A DNA stretch of 64,000 bases, from the NCBI GenBank assembly GCA_964188305.1, contig OZ076890.1. One strand, given 5' to 3'. Within the stretch, counting starts at the first letter, position 1. Each line of letters starts with the position of its first letter. Below are positions 21,228 to 35,332 of the stretch, piece by piece. The DNA is from Podarcis bocagei. Lineage: Eukaryota. The notes under the pieces are model-generated. The model had not been told where the DNA came from. It did no database searches and saw nothing but the letters and a program-made list of their open reading frames with translations. The translations under genes were made by a program, and so were the position numbers.

Positions 21228-24200
21228 TTACCACTTACAATATACAGTCAAGTTGCTTGTGATAAGTTTTTTTATTTCCCCCTACAGAAGAACATATATT
21301 TTAAAACATATTACCCAATTTGGCTTGGTGAAGACTAGGTTAGGTTGATTAAATATGTGTATCACTTCCCACTAAAACATCCCAAAATGATTTATAAGCA
21401 GGTAAAATAAATAATCAAATTAAGTATACAATAATAAAATTAAAACAGATTAAAAACAGATTTAACTGTATTATATAATTGGTGCTGCCCAATTACTATT
21501 ATACACACACTATAAAAAGTTAAATCTAACTCATTCTCCCCTTACATATGCTAGTTTTACAGCGGCAGCAAATTTAACATTCTCATGTTGATATTGGGTT
21601 ATTATAGTACTTAGCAAAAATCCTGAGTTCTTATAGGGGAAACCAATCCCAATTAATTGGCAAAAATAACGTATCACTATTTACAGTTTTAATGATTCCT
21701 GAGTGATGTTTTACATTCTTCTGACTATTTTTATTAAGGGTTTCGTGAGCACAGAATAATCTGACAAGTGGCTCCTTTGAAACTTGTAATGAAAATGAAA
21801 AGAACATGAATGTTTCATAAAATAAGTTTTATGAAACCATAATTTAAAAAATGATAGAAGGGAAATCCCTTGAAAGTTACAACTACCTTATATAATTGTT
21901 CACAAGTAATTCTGCAATATGATACTTTGACTGATTCTATAGTTATTGCTTGGGACCTAATATTGCATATTTTAACCAATAAGATAAAATGAAGGCTCAG
22001 CAAAAATTTAAGTATATTGTTGTATTTTAAAAACACTAATCCTGATCACATGAGTAAATTTAAATCTGCTTCCAAACACCATTTTGAGGATTCGGGTATG
22101 AGTCACAAAAGGAAAGGCATCTCAGGCCCAGAAACATGTATTTGGAAACAAGCTCTGCTGATTTCAGGGAAGAACCTTAATGCACTAGAATACCATTTCA
22201 TATGCAGCAGGTCCCAGATTTAATCCCTGGCATTGCCTTTTGAAGAATCTCAGGTAGCAAAGCAGGTAAAGTTCAAAAAAGCCTGCCAATCAGAATGGAG
22301 CAATGATTTGAGAGAGGTGCCACAGCTCAACAGCAGAGCATCAAAGGTCTCAAGTTAAATTGCCAGTTAAAGCATCTCAGGTAGGCAGGCTGAGAAAGAC
22401 CTCTCTCTGTCTAAGACCTTAGAAGTTACTGCTTATCAGAGGACCAAATGTTCATTAAAACAAAACCCACCTCCACGCAAGTGTGATTAGACTATAAGAA
22501 TTCTCCATATGGAGGGAAAGAGGTCTACATTTGAAAAGGGAAATGTATTTCTAAATACTGTACATAGATAAAACAATTGCCTTTTATATTTACTAGTTCA
22601 TATTTTAAGATGCTGGAACAAAAGGAAAGTAATAAAAGTCTGCAACAGAGGGGCAAGTTCAATGTTACCCCAATAAAAAATATTCCAAATTATTCTCTGA
22701 CCTACTCTACTTTTACAGCATGTAATTAGAACCAGATTACTCTTTGGTTTCATTCCCGCCCCCCTTCTTCTGAACATAAACAAAACTTTGTAGCAGTATT
22801 AACATGGGGAAGAAATCACTGCTTTCTTAAATAAAACATTGCTTTAAAACATTCCTCATAAACTAGCAATTTGTTCCCCGATGTTATAGTTAGGCTGCAT
22901 TGGCACTTCCATTAGAAAACCTTACTTTTAGTGGCTCTTTAAATACATGGCACTCCCCTCCCTTCTTTGCTCAAAGGTGAAAGCACACATATTTTCAGTA
23001 AAGTAGCTGCATGTCTTAAAACAACATTTATAATTCATAAATAACTGGACATTTTAAATAGTATTACATCATTATTTTGTGTTAAACACAATTTGAAAAT
23101 AGTAAATTAAGAAGTTGCAGGTATGTTATAAATATTAAATATTACAAACCATCTCAAGCATAAGAGGTAAGATACACATTTTTAAATAGCTAGCAAATAA
23201 ATAGATGTCACTAAGCTTCTTACTGTGTGCCAAACTATATTTTTGAAAGATTAATTTCTATCACATTTTGTTTAAACATATATTTGACTTTTGTCGACAA
23301 ATATGTTCTAAAAGTTTTTTTTCTTAAAGTATACACTATTTTTCATGAAGTTGACTTTCTATGCAACAACATTATGACAAATAAAGTATACTTTAAGAAT
23401 GTGAATTTCTGTTTTCATTAAAGTTACTTTCAAAACAGGTTACATTCCAGCAAAAAGTTCATTATACACCTCATTCTACATTAATGCCAAAGCATTTGTT
23501 AATGTATTACAATTATATACACCCCACTATCCAATGGAAATTAGTGAAAATAATGATTAAGATATGGAAACCTTTATCATAGTGTCTGCTTATTCAAGTT
23601 TCAGAAGGCCCTGCAAATGTCATCTGCTAGTAAAATGTGGTTGAAAAGTTTAAGAACCAAGGGTGCAACACTAACCCCCTTACCTAGAAGTAAACCCCAT
23701 TGAATTAAATGGGAATTACTTCTGAGTAGACATGGTTAGAAGAGTGGCATAAAGCATAACTAAAACAAAGTTCTCAACCCTTACCTCCTATTTTCAGGGC
23801 TACCTTTACCAACATGCAAAAAGGTTACAATAGTGAGTGTAAGATGAATTATAGTAGTTTTGAAAAACAGTTTATTGTTTTATTTTTCCAGTTTCACCTA
23901 CTCAATGCTGCATTTCTCTTTATTATACCTGTAAAATCAGGAGGAATTTACTAGCAAAAAAACCTTTTGTGAGGTGAGCACACGCATGATACCCTTTGCA
24001 GCATTGGGACTTACACAATAGAGAGAACCAGAATTCCAAAGTGGATCAACCAGATTTTGAACAACTGTATTTTCAGGTGCTAACGTCAATGGAAGATCTA
24101 ATCCAGATGTTCTCCTCCCATCACAGGAGCCATGCGTTCTTTTAAAGGTTTTCCCTACTGAGCAATGAGTGAACTGAAATCTCCCATTAAAAATGCATGT

Positions 24201-24704
24201 TTGTGTATAGATACAGATATGCAGCTGTTTAAAAAGAGCCTATTGCAGCACATATAGATTGACTGAAATGTGTGTATATGCAAGCATATATTATAAATTA
24301 CAAGCCACTAGGGTTTCTTGCCCATTTATTCCACTTGATTTAAGGTTGTCCTGCAAACACAAGATCATCACATTCTTTTATTTTGCATTAACCCATTCAT
24401 TGCCACTCCCTAATTCTGTACTCCCAAATCATAATAAACCGGGACTGGAAGTCCCAATCTACCCCTAAGAAGAGGGAGCTGGCCAGCATGTGCCCAATTT
24501 CTCTGCGACAGGTTTGTTCACAAGCCACAGTTACTAGACTCATGGACCATCTCTTCCCTTTCTCCTTTGAAACAAAAAAAGGCGGCTCTCTCCAGGGGAC
24601 CGAGCCTTGGGTTTGGGGGCGAGATCTAGTGTGTTTTAACGCAACGAACTCCTGAAATAACACAAACAGTATTGAAGCAGCAGCACGAATCGCAGAGACT
24701 CTAC

Positions 24705-24787
24705 CTGAAGCAAATGCGAGCCCAGCTCCTTCGCGACATTATCCAAGGGGCCTAATCTGCTCGGCTGGCCCCAGGCGTCTCCCAGAC
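24705..24787 (-). CDS. SIM2: SIM2 coding exon 2, 83 nt
   Basis: Acceptor TTTTCTAG|, donor CAG|GTAG. Translates (G)[27 protein letters not shown] in phase with exon 1. Not in the ORF track; read by hand. Confidence 0.97.
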
Positions 24788-26386
24788 CTAGAAAAGGAAC
24801 CGAGAAGCCTCAGTTAACGCACATGAATACAGTTCATCTGAAGCACTAGCGGGAGGTGCAAGTTGGCCTTTTTCCTCTGCAGCAGAGGGAGAGAAGCAGC
24901 GTAACATTGGCTGGGTCATATTAGGGGGAGCTGGGCCTCCCTGCCCTGCCTGTGCAGTTCCCCGAGCGGGTTTCTCGGCGAGTTAGGTGGTCTTTTCCTC
25001 AGGAAAGTTAGCTCCATGACATTAGGGTTTAGATTCAGCTGAAGGCCGCCACGTTGCGAAAGGGCCTGACCGGCCCACATGTTACTCAGGGTTCAGTTGC
25101 CATTTTAGAGGTGGGGGGTGATCCCCCACAAAGTAACATAAGCCTCCCTGAAATCGGCCGAGGGGACCTCGCTAAAGACGCCCTGAAAAAGAGTTTTGTA
25201 CTCTCTCTCTCCTCTTCCCCCACACCGCCCCCGCCATCTTCCCACAAGCCCTTGCGAAGGGAGGCTACGGAGGCAAAAGGCAGCCGAGCTATACAGTATT
25301 ATTGCCTTGGTGCTTTTAAGTGCAAACGTTTGGTCCCTTCACTCAAACCCCCGCTGCTGTCGCTTCGGCAAATCCATCCATTTGCCCCTTTCACAAATCC
25401 TTCCGATTCAAGACCTCCCCATCTATATAACTTGACTTTGGGCGGAACGGTTTGCTAGCAAACCGTGCAGCTCCTGTTAATTGGACATATTATATCCCCC
25501 CTTTAGATTTCTAAGAAATAATCAGTTAGACCCAGTGAAATCAATGAAATTATTTATTTTAATGGGTCTATGCTGTACATAACTTGAACGTAACTTTCCC
25601 GCCTTTTCTCCTGTGAGGGAAAATTCCCTCAGCCGCGTGAAATCCCCTCGTTTCCTCCACCCTCGGAAGTCCCTTCAGCAGGAAGTCTAGACTGAGGGTA
25701 GATGGGATCTCACGCTATTTATCCCGGGCACGGATCTCCTTCAATGTTACACATTTAATCAATATGAAAATAGGTTCTTGATTATGAATGGCATTGCTCG
25801 GACCCACCCCCTGACCCACTGAGAGGTTGACCAACTACCACAAAAGTAGTGGGATGTTGGGAGTAGTAGCAGAAGAAATCAGATAATAGGGCTGTCGCTT
25901 TCGTAGACAACCTAACCGCTTATTCTTTAAGGGGACCGAAACACCTTAGCGCTCACACTCCTGGTTGTCTGTAGAGCGTGGACCACTGCTTCACTTCGGC
26001 TGCTTTTAAAATAATAATTATTCTTTAAATAGTGATCGACACCGTGCTCGGATGGCCGAAGTCTCTTTCACCAAAGACAGGTCATAACATAATGCCCTTA
26101 ACTTCAACACGGCCATTTCAGAACCCCTCGAACAGGGTTCGGGTCAAAACAAAATGAGTACTCCAGACGGTTCCTCGGAGATCCTGTTTCCCCCCCTGAC
26201 ATTGTCCTCGGGAAACTCGTCTCTCCTAAATTACTAGCAGTAACGAAAGCAGCAGTCCATGTGCAAAAGCTGCCGAAACCAACAACGCCACAGGTTGCAT
26301 CAGAGAATAATAATTCTGTTTGCAGAATCCTCCCAAGGTTTCAGTTCTAAGCTTAAAATGTGCCACAAGTCACCCTGTAGGTAGGG

Positions 26387-27003
26387 CAGTGCAGTGGCGT
26401 AGCGTGGGTTGTCAGCACCCGGGGCAAGGCAAGTAATTTGCGCCCCCTAACCCGTGGATTTGCGCCCCCTAACCCATGGATTTGCGCCCCCTAACCCGTG
26501 GATTTGCGCCCCCTAACCCTAACCCCCAGATGTTGCGGCCGGCCCCCCCTGCACCCCCCACGCTACGCCACTGGGGCAGTGTTCCCCAACCCCCGGGCCG
26601 CGGACCGGTGCCGGTCCATGGATCAATCGGCACCGGGCCGCCCGAGGAACTTCAAATCATTTCACTGTGGCGGGCGGCCGAGGTGCAGAGCATTGCGCCC
26701 TCTCAAGCCCGCCCATTGTGTGACAATAGTGAATGAAAATTCGCTATTGTTACACTGATGCTCCTCCTGGCCAATCAGGGAGAAGGTCCTCCCGCTTCCT
26801 GATTGGCCGAAAGGCAAACCTCACGCCATTGGCCGAGGAGGAGGCACCATGGGAGGACTGAGGACTCGAGGTTGGAGATGCAGGGACTGAAGAGAAGCTG
26901 CCGTGAGGTAAGTGCACGGGGGACTCAGCTCAAAACAAGCGGGCCACGGAAAAATTATCAAACATTTACCGGTCCGCGGCGATAAAAAGGCTGGGGAGCA
27001 CTG
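26387..27003. mobile_element. hAT (Charlie/MER1-like) non-autonomous element, interrupted at its left TIR by the MITE above
   Basis: Ends CAGTGTTCCCCAACCCCCGGGCCGCGGACCGGT and ACCGGTCCGCGGCG...GGCTGGGGAGCACTG. Both flanks end in GTAGGG (imperfect 8-bp TSD). Confidence 0.75.
26392..26573. mobile_element. hAT-type MITE with an internal 22-bp tandem repeat
   Basis: 17-bp TIR CAGTGGCGTAGCGTGGG/CCCACGCTACGCCACTG. Perfect 8-bp TSD GGGCAGTG at 26384-26391 and 26574-26581. Unit ATTTGCGCCCCCTAACCCGTGG repeated ~4 times at 26436-26526. Confidence 0.9.
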
Positions 27004-27295
27004 CTGTAGGGAAGGAAGACACGCACCCCGCCAGGACACTGTTGAAGATGTCGGGGCTTTGGCCTGCCCATTGGAGCCTAGAAGCCCCAGCCCAGCCCCT
27101 CGAACAGCAGCTGCAACGGCACTCTATATGTACCCAGTACATGCTTTCCTGGCCCAAATCTTTATGCTGAAAGAATGTTCAGAGACTAAACATGCGATTT
27201 GGGTGTATACTGGCATAGTATATAAACCTTAACTCATAATATTACACTACACACGCTATACCTTTAAAGCATATTCAAACCACACACACACACAG

Positions 27296-27537
27296 CCATG
27301 GCTTCAAGTTTCAACAAAGAAAGGATATTCCCAATCCGACTCAACGTCAGGAAGAATTTTCTGTTCAACAGTGGAACGGACTGGCTACCTCGGAAGGGGG
27401 TGGACTCTCCTTCCTTGGAGGTTTTTAAGCAGAGGTCGGATGGCCATCTATCATGGATGCTTTAGTTGAGCTGCCTGCATTGCAGGGGGTTGGACTAGAT
27501 GACCCCCGGGGTCCTTTCCAACTCTACAATTCTATGA
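27296..27537 (+). mobile_element. CR1 3' fragment, probably inserted into a palindromic MITE (~27245-27655)
   Basis: TCTCCTTCCTTGGAGGTTTTTAAGCAGAGG...GGGGTTGGACTAGATGACC...TCCAACTCTACAATTCTATGA. Confidence 0.8.
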
Positions 27538-30500
27538 AGAACCCCACAAACTGCATTTTACCCCTCACTGAACTATATTTTCGAACTACAGTTCCCATGA
27601 TTCCTTGGGGGGATGTGATCTGTGCTTTAAATATCTGGTGTGTACTGCAGCCTACATAGATTGTACACACTATAACCTCTCCCACGCCCTTCGCCCCCTC
27701 TCTCCAGTCCCACTCTGCTCTCTGCTAATAACAGTTTTGTGACACGGAATGAAAGATTTGCATGAAGGCTTGGTTTAAATCGTGCTGCAAAAGACCGCTC
27801 CGCCCGGAGCTAAATCAGAAACAAGTTGCTCTGAAATCGACTTTTAATAAGACGCAAGAGAGGCGTGAAGGTCTTCTTCTCCCCTGGGCATCTCTTTCCT
27901 TTGAATCCTTATCCGTCTGGTACAATATTGCCTGTGTAACTGGGTTCTTATCACTTTTATACGGTGTAATTAATTAATTAATTAATAGATAGCACCAACT
28001 CGTACAGCACCTCATATATGATAAGGGGTTGGTGCGATCTAGGTGTGTAAATATGATTTTGGGCAGTTTCACAAGAGGAGAAAATCTTATTTTGTCTGAG
28101 CGCCACCAGATTATGAGTGCCTGATTCACAACGGGGGCACATTTCCTTTATCCAATGCTGGAGAGCATGGTTTTGGTGACATCTCTGTGCAGCAATAGCT
28201 CCATAGTAGAAGAGATTAATGATAATGATGTATATGACTTTAGAGCGCCACAAAAAGACAGAATTTATCCCGTTAACCCTAGCAAAAGGGCTGTAGAAAG
28301 CAATTTTCCCGCTTCCTCACAAGGAGTAAGGAGATGGTACACCCCTCTTAACCCAGATTACGTAGCTATTCCAGAGTAACTGTCAAGGCCTGGTACCTTC
28401 CTTGTCCAGAAGCATTGTAAACACACAGTAACATATTCGTGGTTACACAATACTCATCTTAATGAGAAGTTATTAACTTTTCTTCGCACTCACAGAATGG
28501 GTTTTTATTTCCACCCTTTCCCTGTATGTCTGTGAGTGCTGCGGGGATGCTAACCAATGTCCGTATGCAGAACCAAAACCTGGTAATTATTTCGGATTAA
28601 TTTGCGTGGAGGGCTAATACCATTTTGCACACATGGCCAGTCCATGCGGGAGGCGGGGAACAGTTGGTGGGATATCCGCAAGTTTAATTAAGGTGACTGC
28701 GGTTAAGAATAGCCAAAGGTCACTCATGTGGTGGTTCTAGCACAAATTCACTTTCAGTCCTCAAGGCCGGGATAAGCGCTGCCTCTTCCGAGGCTCCTAA
28801 AATGCTCGCCTAGGCTTGCGGCGCTCGCTCCATTCATTCCACTGTGAATTCCGCGTGGCTCCCAGAAAGCACAGCGAAGAGCCCCGTGGAATCCGTGGCC
28901 GCGCCTCCCTCCTGTCATTCTCCAGCTCTGCCTGCGGGTGGCGCACGAGATATTCATATTCTTGCTTTTCTCTTCCGGAGACTGGAGCCTTGACCCCAGG
29001 CAGGTAAATAGAGGACAAACGCGATCTGCCCTATGGAGGTGTGGGGGAAACCAAAGCTGCACCTTTTCTCTGGTGATCCCGACAGAGCCTTCTTTCCAAG
29101 GCTGTTTAAAAAGGGTTTCTTGCTGATGTGAACTGCTCCTTATCTTGTGCAGGAGGGGAAGGAGAAAGGGACTCGTCAGTCAGCCTTTCCCGCTGCACCT
29201 GCTCCCAGGGTCGCTGCGCTGGAGACACTGCGAGACAAGCTCGGAATCGGAGCGGGAAATGCATGCATGCGTCTGACTGCCAGCCAGCGCCATGCAAATT
29301 CGTGCAGAAGTGCAAACCCCCTTACGCTCACAGTCCGAAAGAACATGCTCCTCGAGAAGCAACGCCTTTTGGGCAGCAATGGGATTCACTCGAGAGTACA
29401 TTGTGCTGCAAGAATATTTACAGAAATCAACTGGGTCCCGAATTACACAGCGGTGTGTTTTTGTTTTGTTTTGGATTTTTTTTTCTTTTTTGTTAAAGCT
29501 AAGACTTGGCTTTAACAGGTTTATGGATTGAGCCATCCCCACATTCAAAGAGGCGTCCGTTCTTTCGAGCAGATGAGCCAGCCATTGTTCGCCGGCTTTT
29601 CAAGACCCGCAGCTCGGTACCTGCTTTCTCGCCTGCTGCGCCGCGCCTGCTAATTATACAAGCTGATGCAGAGCCATGAGCACTTGGTGCCCCGTCCACT
29701 TTTTCTGCTAATGAGGGAACTGCATGCAATGGGAATGCACAGGGCGCGGGGGGTGCAGGCAAGACTACGTTGTAAACACCGTATCTTGAAGAAGTGATGT
29801 CACAAAGATATAGAAATTAAGAGCCACACTCCCATCTTTTAAAAGGAAAAGATATAGCTATCATAAAATTCCTGAACAACATGAATGGGAGACCTTCCAT
29901 CGACTCACTGTGGTTTAGATCGCGCCCCGGCGTTGCCAAATGAGGGAAGCACTAGAGAGAGAAATCAAACATCGTTTTATATTAAACATCTGTTAACTGA
30001 CAAGCTAGTGTTTAAGTGGCTCTGCGGGGTTCACTGTCTCTTTGAGTTTCTTTTTCTTTATTCTCCCCATCACATTGTGGTACGAGTTTATCAGCATGTT
30101 CAGAGTTATTTCTACATGCACCTTTTGTCTGAATAACTATCGCCTGGGCTTCAGTAAATGCTGTCTCATAAACCTTTTAACCTCTTTGTACAAGCAAATC
30201 GTGTTGTTTTTTCTTTAATAATCAAGTAGAACCCAGCTGCATTTTGAGGAAGACATGAATCCATTGTTGCATTTCCCAAGGAACAGAATGTAGATTTATT
30301 TGCTACTGCTCTCCACTACTACTTATCTCAAAGCCTTTTCCAGAGGGCTACAAATTCCATTCCCACGTATACAGGTTACGTCTTTATACATAGAAATGCT
30401 GTCTTAACTCGGTTAGAAAAATATACAGTATAGAAATACACAGAAACGTTGCCAAGTCCATCCCTCGGCGTGACATTCAACCAAGGCATCAGCAGTTTCA

Positions 30501-33500
30501 ACTTTGTTGTCATCCTGGCAGCCATAAGTACATCATAAGAACGGCCAACAGAGTTAGCAAAATGCTAAATCTTTGTGTGTGAGTGTGTTGATGCTAATAT
30601 GTCTGCTGACGGTCAGGAAATACAAAGCATGTTTGTTCTTTGAGCCAATGGATCTATGCACCAAAATCCGCCAGACGGGCTCCTTTGCATTGTATCATTT
30701 GACATTAGTTGCGGGATTCCCGAAGATTTTTAAGTGTTGCAAGATTCTCTCCAGTACAAAACTGAATTCCTCCAGTCGCATTGTCAACGGTGACGGCAGA
30801 GCTTTAGGGCAGAGTTCCATAGTCCCACTCACAAAATCAGTAGGGGGCTGATATCAAAACGCACGTTATTAGCATTCAGAGACGGGACCATATAAGACCA
30901 AAGTCTAAAACTGCCCCACTGCTCCCACCAATAAAGCTCAGGTGCATGTCGCCAGAGAGAGCTCGATCCAAAAAACAATGAAGCCGAAGTGTTTAGGCTA
31001 ATGCTGACAGAAACTGCGACATTAGCTATTTAAAACGCAATCCTGTGAGTGTTTACTTGGAAGCACAGTCAGTATACAGTGAGGTTCAGTGTGTGTCGCC
31101 AGTGATGTAGCGGTGAATACTGAAGTGCGGGCGATCTTCCTGGCAACCCCATCTCCATGTCCCTTCATGGACATAGCCAAGGGAGGGCAGGGGAGCAGCT
31201 GCCCCCCCATCAAGTAAAACAAAATACTTAAGTAACTGACCAATCACTTCGGTTCTGCCCCGCTCCCCACAAAAGTGCTCCCCGCAACAAAAGCCACGTG
31301 CCCCTCCTAAGGCAAGACAACAAAGCTGCACCTTTGACCAATAGAGAAGTTATGGTCAGTATCAAACCTCTCCGCCTTACTTTACAAACAGGCTGATGAA
31401 AGCGTTTCGGAGGAGTCAAAAGCTCCTTCGCTGTTTTGTGACATTTTGTTTGGTCATAATAAATAAAGGGACTCCGACATTTCTTCGAAGCAGAAGTGGG
31501 CTGCAGCTGCTTAATCCTTTAGCTTGCATCCTAGTGTAACCTCTACCTCTTCTTCTTATTATTATTCTATTTATCGTACATGGTGAGGGGTTTCCCCCCT
31601 CGGAGAACAGCTCCTTTATTTGGCACGTAGAGGATTGGCTTGGCAAATAACTCCCATAAGACATGAAAGAAGGAGCAGGGAGGAGGCTGGTCGTCCTTGC
31701 TTGCCTTTCCCTGCTCTGCTGCTGTAGCCTCTATTGAGGAATGACCGCCGAGGTGACTTCCTCTTTACATCTCCATCCTAAACGGCTGCCTTAAAAGAAA
31801 CAGCCAGTTTTGCTACAACGAAACCGACTTGACGATTCAACTAAGCTCAGCTGAGTCTCTCCTCTTCCCCATTTCCCAGATGAACTGTTATCTTCCCGGC
31901 ATGTGGGAAGACTGCTGTCGCTGTTGAGTATTTGATGAACTGAGTACATATTTTAAAGGTCCGCACCCCAGTCCCCACCACCTTCCTTCTCCTCTTCCCA
32001 CCAGATATATGAGACACGGGGATGGGGGAGAGTCTTCCAAGGACAGGAAACCTTTCGAGCCGGCTTTGAACCTTCGGGCGAAGGCGGCATATAAATCCAA
32101 AACAAGCGCATGACACGAATAGCAGCAATGCGTTTGGGATCCACATCGTGCTTCCTAAAATGAGGGTCTTTAAATGTACGTAGAACTTCCTTCTAAGTCA
32201 GGTACTGCAGAGAACCGCGGAGTTGACCCGCGTTACTTTCCACCCGAGGGGCTGAGCCTCCATCTCTCTTTAAAATGTAAACACTGGAGTCAGGGTCTCC
32301 CAACCCAGGGAAACAAGGACGCCCCCAGAAACAGACCCCCGAACCCAGCACAAGCGTCCGTCTCTTCTGTGTTGTTGTTTCATAACCAGGGATTATTTGC
32401 AGAACTCTGAGAATTCTCCAGGGCTTCCTCACAGACAAATGTGTGTTTAAATTCCTGCTTAAATTTGAGAGCTGGGTCTGTCTCCCAGGTAAACAACGTG
32501 CTAAAGGCTTCTTTTTGGAACAGCTCGCTTGGAAGCGCTCGCTTTCCGGAAAGCGGAAGGAGCCTCCAAAGAATCGGCCCTGGCCCCAAAATCAGAACCA
32601 TCAGCGGCACTTTGAAGGATCCCCGAGGATCTTCTGGGGGCCAGTGGGCATAAGGGAGTATATAATGAAATCAGCATACGCGGGAGTAAGGCGATGGGGC
32701 CGCGATTTATTTTTATTTTTATTTTTGCTGGTTGTTGGCAAAGGCGTATGCGCATCGACCGGCCCGGCGACTCTCAGACTGTCTGGAAAGCTCCCTCTTC
32801 AGACTTCAGACCTTCTGCACCCAAAGGGTTTCGTGGGAAGGGGAAGTAGGAGACTGAAGAAAAGCTGGTTCTTCGTCTTTGTAGGTACTGTATATGACTC
32901 GCAACAGTTACGGTTGGTCCGGATTAATTTACCTGAAGCTATCGCCCCTTTTAAAACTCATAGCTTGAAAGGATAGGAAGTCCCATTCTGACGCCAGTCC
33001 GTGACGACGATGATGAATACCGATATGTATGTTATGTAGTATCTGATCCACTTTAAGAAATCCGGAGCCGGAGCAATCCTACTACCTGTACGGGTTGTAG
33101 AATGCGATATTTGCAATGCGATCCTAACGCAACTATAAATTTAGAAGTACCGTAAATCCCACCGAATTCAGCGAGAAACGGAGGAATCGCAACCTTAGTT
33201 GATTAATTGATCGAACTTAATCGATTTAGAAGGCGTCCGATGAAACAGGCATTTCAACACCCCCCCACCCCACATTAAGTACTTTTTTTAAAAAAACTGC
33301 ACGTGACAGGCGCCATCTTAGAAGAGGCCCTTGGCTTCTGTGCGAGAGATTTCGCTTCTGCTAAGGCGCTGCTGCTGCTACTGCGGCGCGCGAGCGAGGC
33401 CGCCATCTACAAACAAAGAGCGCACCTTTTCTGGGGCAGAAAAACTGGCGGCAGCCCAAAGACAATTCTCTCTCTCTCTCTCTCTCTCTTTTTCTGCTGG

Positions 33501-35105
33501 CAAGTCCTGTCTGCTTGCCTGGTGAGAACAAGCAGCAGCAGCGCCCCGTGACTCTCTAAGGGGAAATCGCCTGCTAGAGGAAAGACATCTCCGCTCCCAG
33601 GAAAAATAAACGTCTCCCTTCCTTTTAGCAGCAGGCGCCAAACCTGGCTCTGCGCGGCGTCGCTCCGCCCGCTGACTGCAAGCAGGGCCCGCGGGTCGAG
33701 GAATGGCGCTCTCCCAACCCAGTCCCGACTCCTTTTCATTTAGCGCTTGAATCGAGTGGGGCGGGGAGAGAAATTGCTGAAAGGTCAAGGCTGCCATCCT
33801 AACTAGGGCTGCCCTCTTGAATAAAATGTTGGGGAGGGGGGCAGGTAAGCCCCACCCCGCATAATCGATCACATGACTTGAATGGCAATGTCCATCATGG
33901 GGGGGGGGGTTCAGTCCCCTTAAATATTTTATTGGAATGAGCCAAGCGGCTAACGATCCTAACCCTGCCCATTTAGGACTAAGGCCCCCTGGATCCAATG
34001 GGCCTTACTCTTAGGTAAGTGTGGGGGAGAGGCAGTAATGTCACTTACCTGGGACTGTGTCCCGTTTAACTCAGTCGGGTTTAGTCCTAGCCCCGCTTAC
34101 CTGGGAGCAAGCCCCGTTGAATTGAATGGGAGTTGCTTCTGAGCGATGTATAGGATTGCGCTGCCTGGAACCCTGGGGATCTATAAAACGTGGAAGTCTG
34201 GCGCAAAGACTGTCTCGGGAAGTCTGGGGTTGCCCTCCCTGCAACACGGACGGCTCCTCTCGGAGGGGGCTTCCTTCCTTCCTTCCCCCTTGTCCCAGAC
34301 ACCCCTTACCCTCCCTTCGCTCGCGGCGGTCCTTCAAGGGATCCGGGGGGCTGGAGAAACAGGAGAGGAAAGCAGCTGGGTGTCGCGGAGGGAGGGAAGC
34401 TGAGGGCGCCTCTCTCCCTTAAGTATCATCCAGAGCGAGTTAAATCCGACGGAAAACTGCTGATAGCGCTGACACTTGATCCTAAGCACGGTTTACTGCA
34501 TATTTCAGCTAGGGTCACCACCAGCTTTCTGGGCTGGCTTGCCCCCCTCGCCCCCGCCCACATGCCTTAAGCCAGTCTTCGCCAAGCTGTTGCCCTCCAG
34601 ATGTTTGGACCAAAACATCGGGAGGGCACCCGGTTGGTGAAGGCTGGCTGAAGGCATAGGCAGGAGGGAGCCACAGGCATAGAAAGGTCCAGGAGCTCTG
34701 GCGGAAATATATAATCCAATTTCCCGAGAGCATCGGGTGTTTAGGATGGCGGTTTTAGGAAAGGCCAGCGGTCCTTCTGGGTCTTAACCAGCCGTCACAC
34801 AAACAAGAATTAAGCACGTTAAAGTTTCCTCTCCTTTATTCGAGGTGCAAACACGCCTCTGCCCTTAATGTCAGATAAATAGGAGCCGAGACTACACGGG
34901 AGGGAGGAGGTGGCACTCTGCGAGTGCTGGGGGTGGGGGTACTCTCGTTTTTATTGGGACCTTCGGACCCCGGCTGAAAATAGCTTGCAGCAAACATTTA
35001 ACTTGAGAGTAGGTCCCTTTGGATTCAGCAACGCCTCGCACCTGGGTAGGAACGAATCGGATTGTACTGTCAGCCCCGCTTTCCTTCCCCAAACATACTA
35101 CAGTA

Positions 35106-35332
35106 CAGTGGTACCTCAGGTTACATACGCTTCTGATTACAGACTCCGCTAACCCAGAAATCGTGCTTCAGGTTAAGAACTTTGCTTCAGGATGAGAAAA
35201 AGAAATTGTGCTCCGGTGGCGCGGCAGCAGCAGGAGGCCCCATTAGCTAAAGTGGTGCTTCAGGTTAAGAACAGTTTCAGGTTAAGAACGGATCTCCGGA
35301 ACGAATTAAGTACTTAGCCCGAGGTACCACTG
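35106..35332 (+). mobile_element. Tc1/mariner-type MITE, copy A
   Basis: TIRs CAGTGGTACCTC...GAGGTACCACTG flanked by TA on both sides; internal CAGGTTAAGAAC repeats. Strand is assigned arbitrarily. Confidence 0.88.

Noticed and set aside
26436-26526. 22-bp repeats as a CRISPR array or an interstitial telomere
   Set aside because: There are no spacers and the context is eukaryotic. The repeats are internal to a TIR/TSD-bounded MITE.
27966-27986. (TAAT)n palindromic run as a homeodomain array
   Set aside because: It cannot be distinguished from a short simple repeat without conservation data.
32443-33998. 177-aa and 206-aa ORFs in intron 1
   Set aside because: No recognisable domains, low-complexity or microsatellite-derived segments, and no supporting exon structure.
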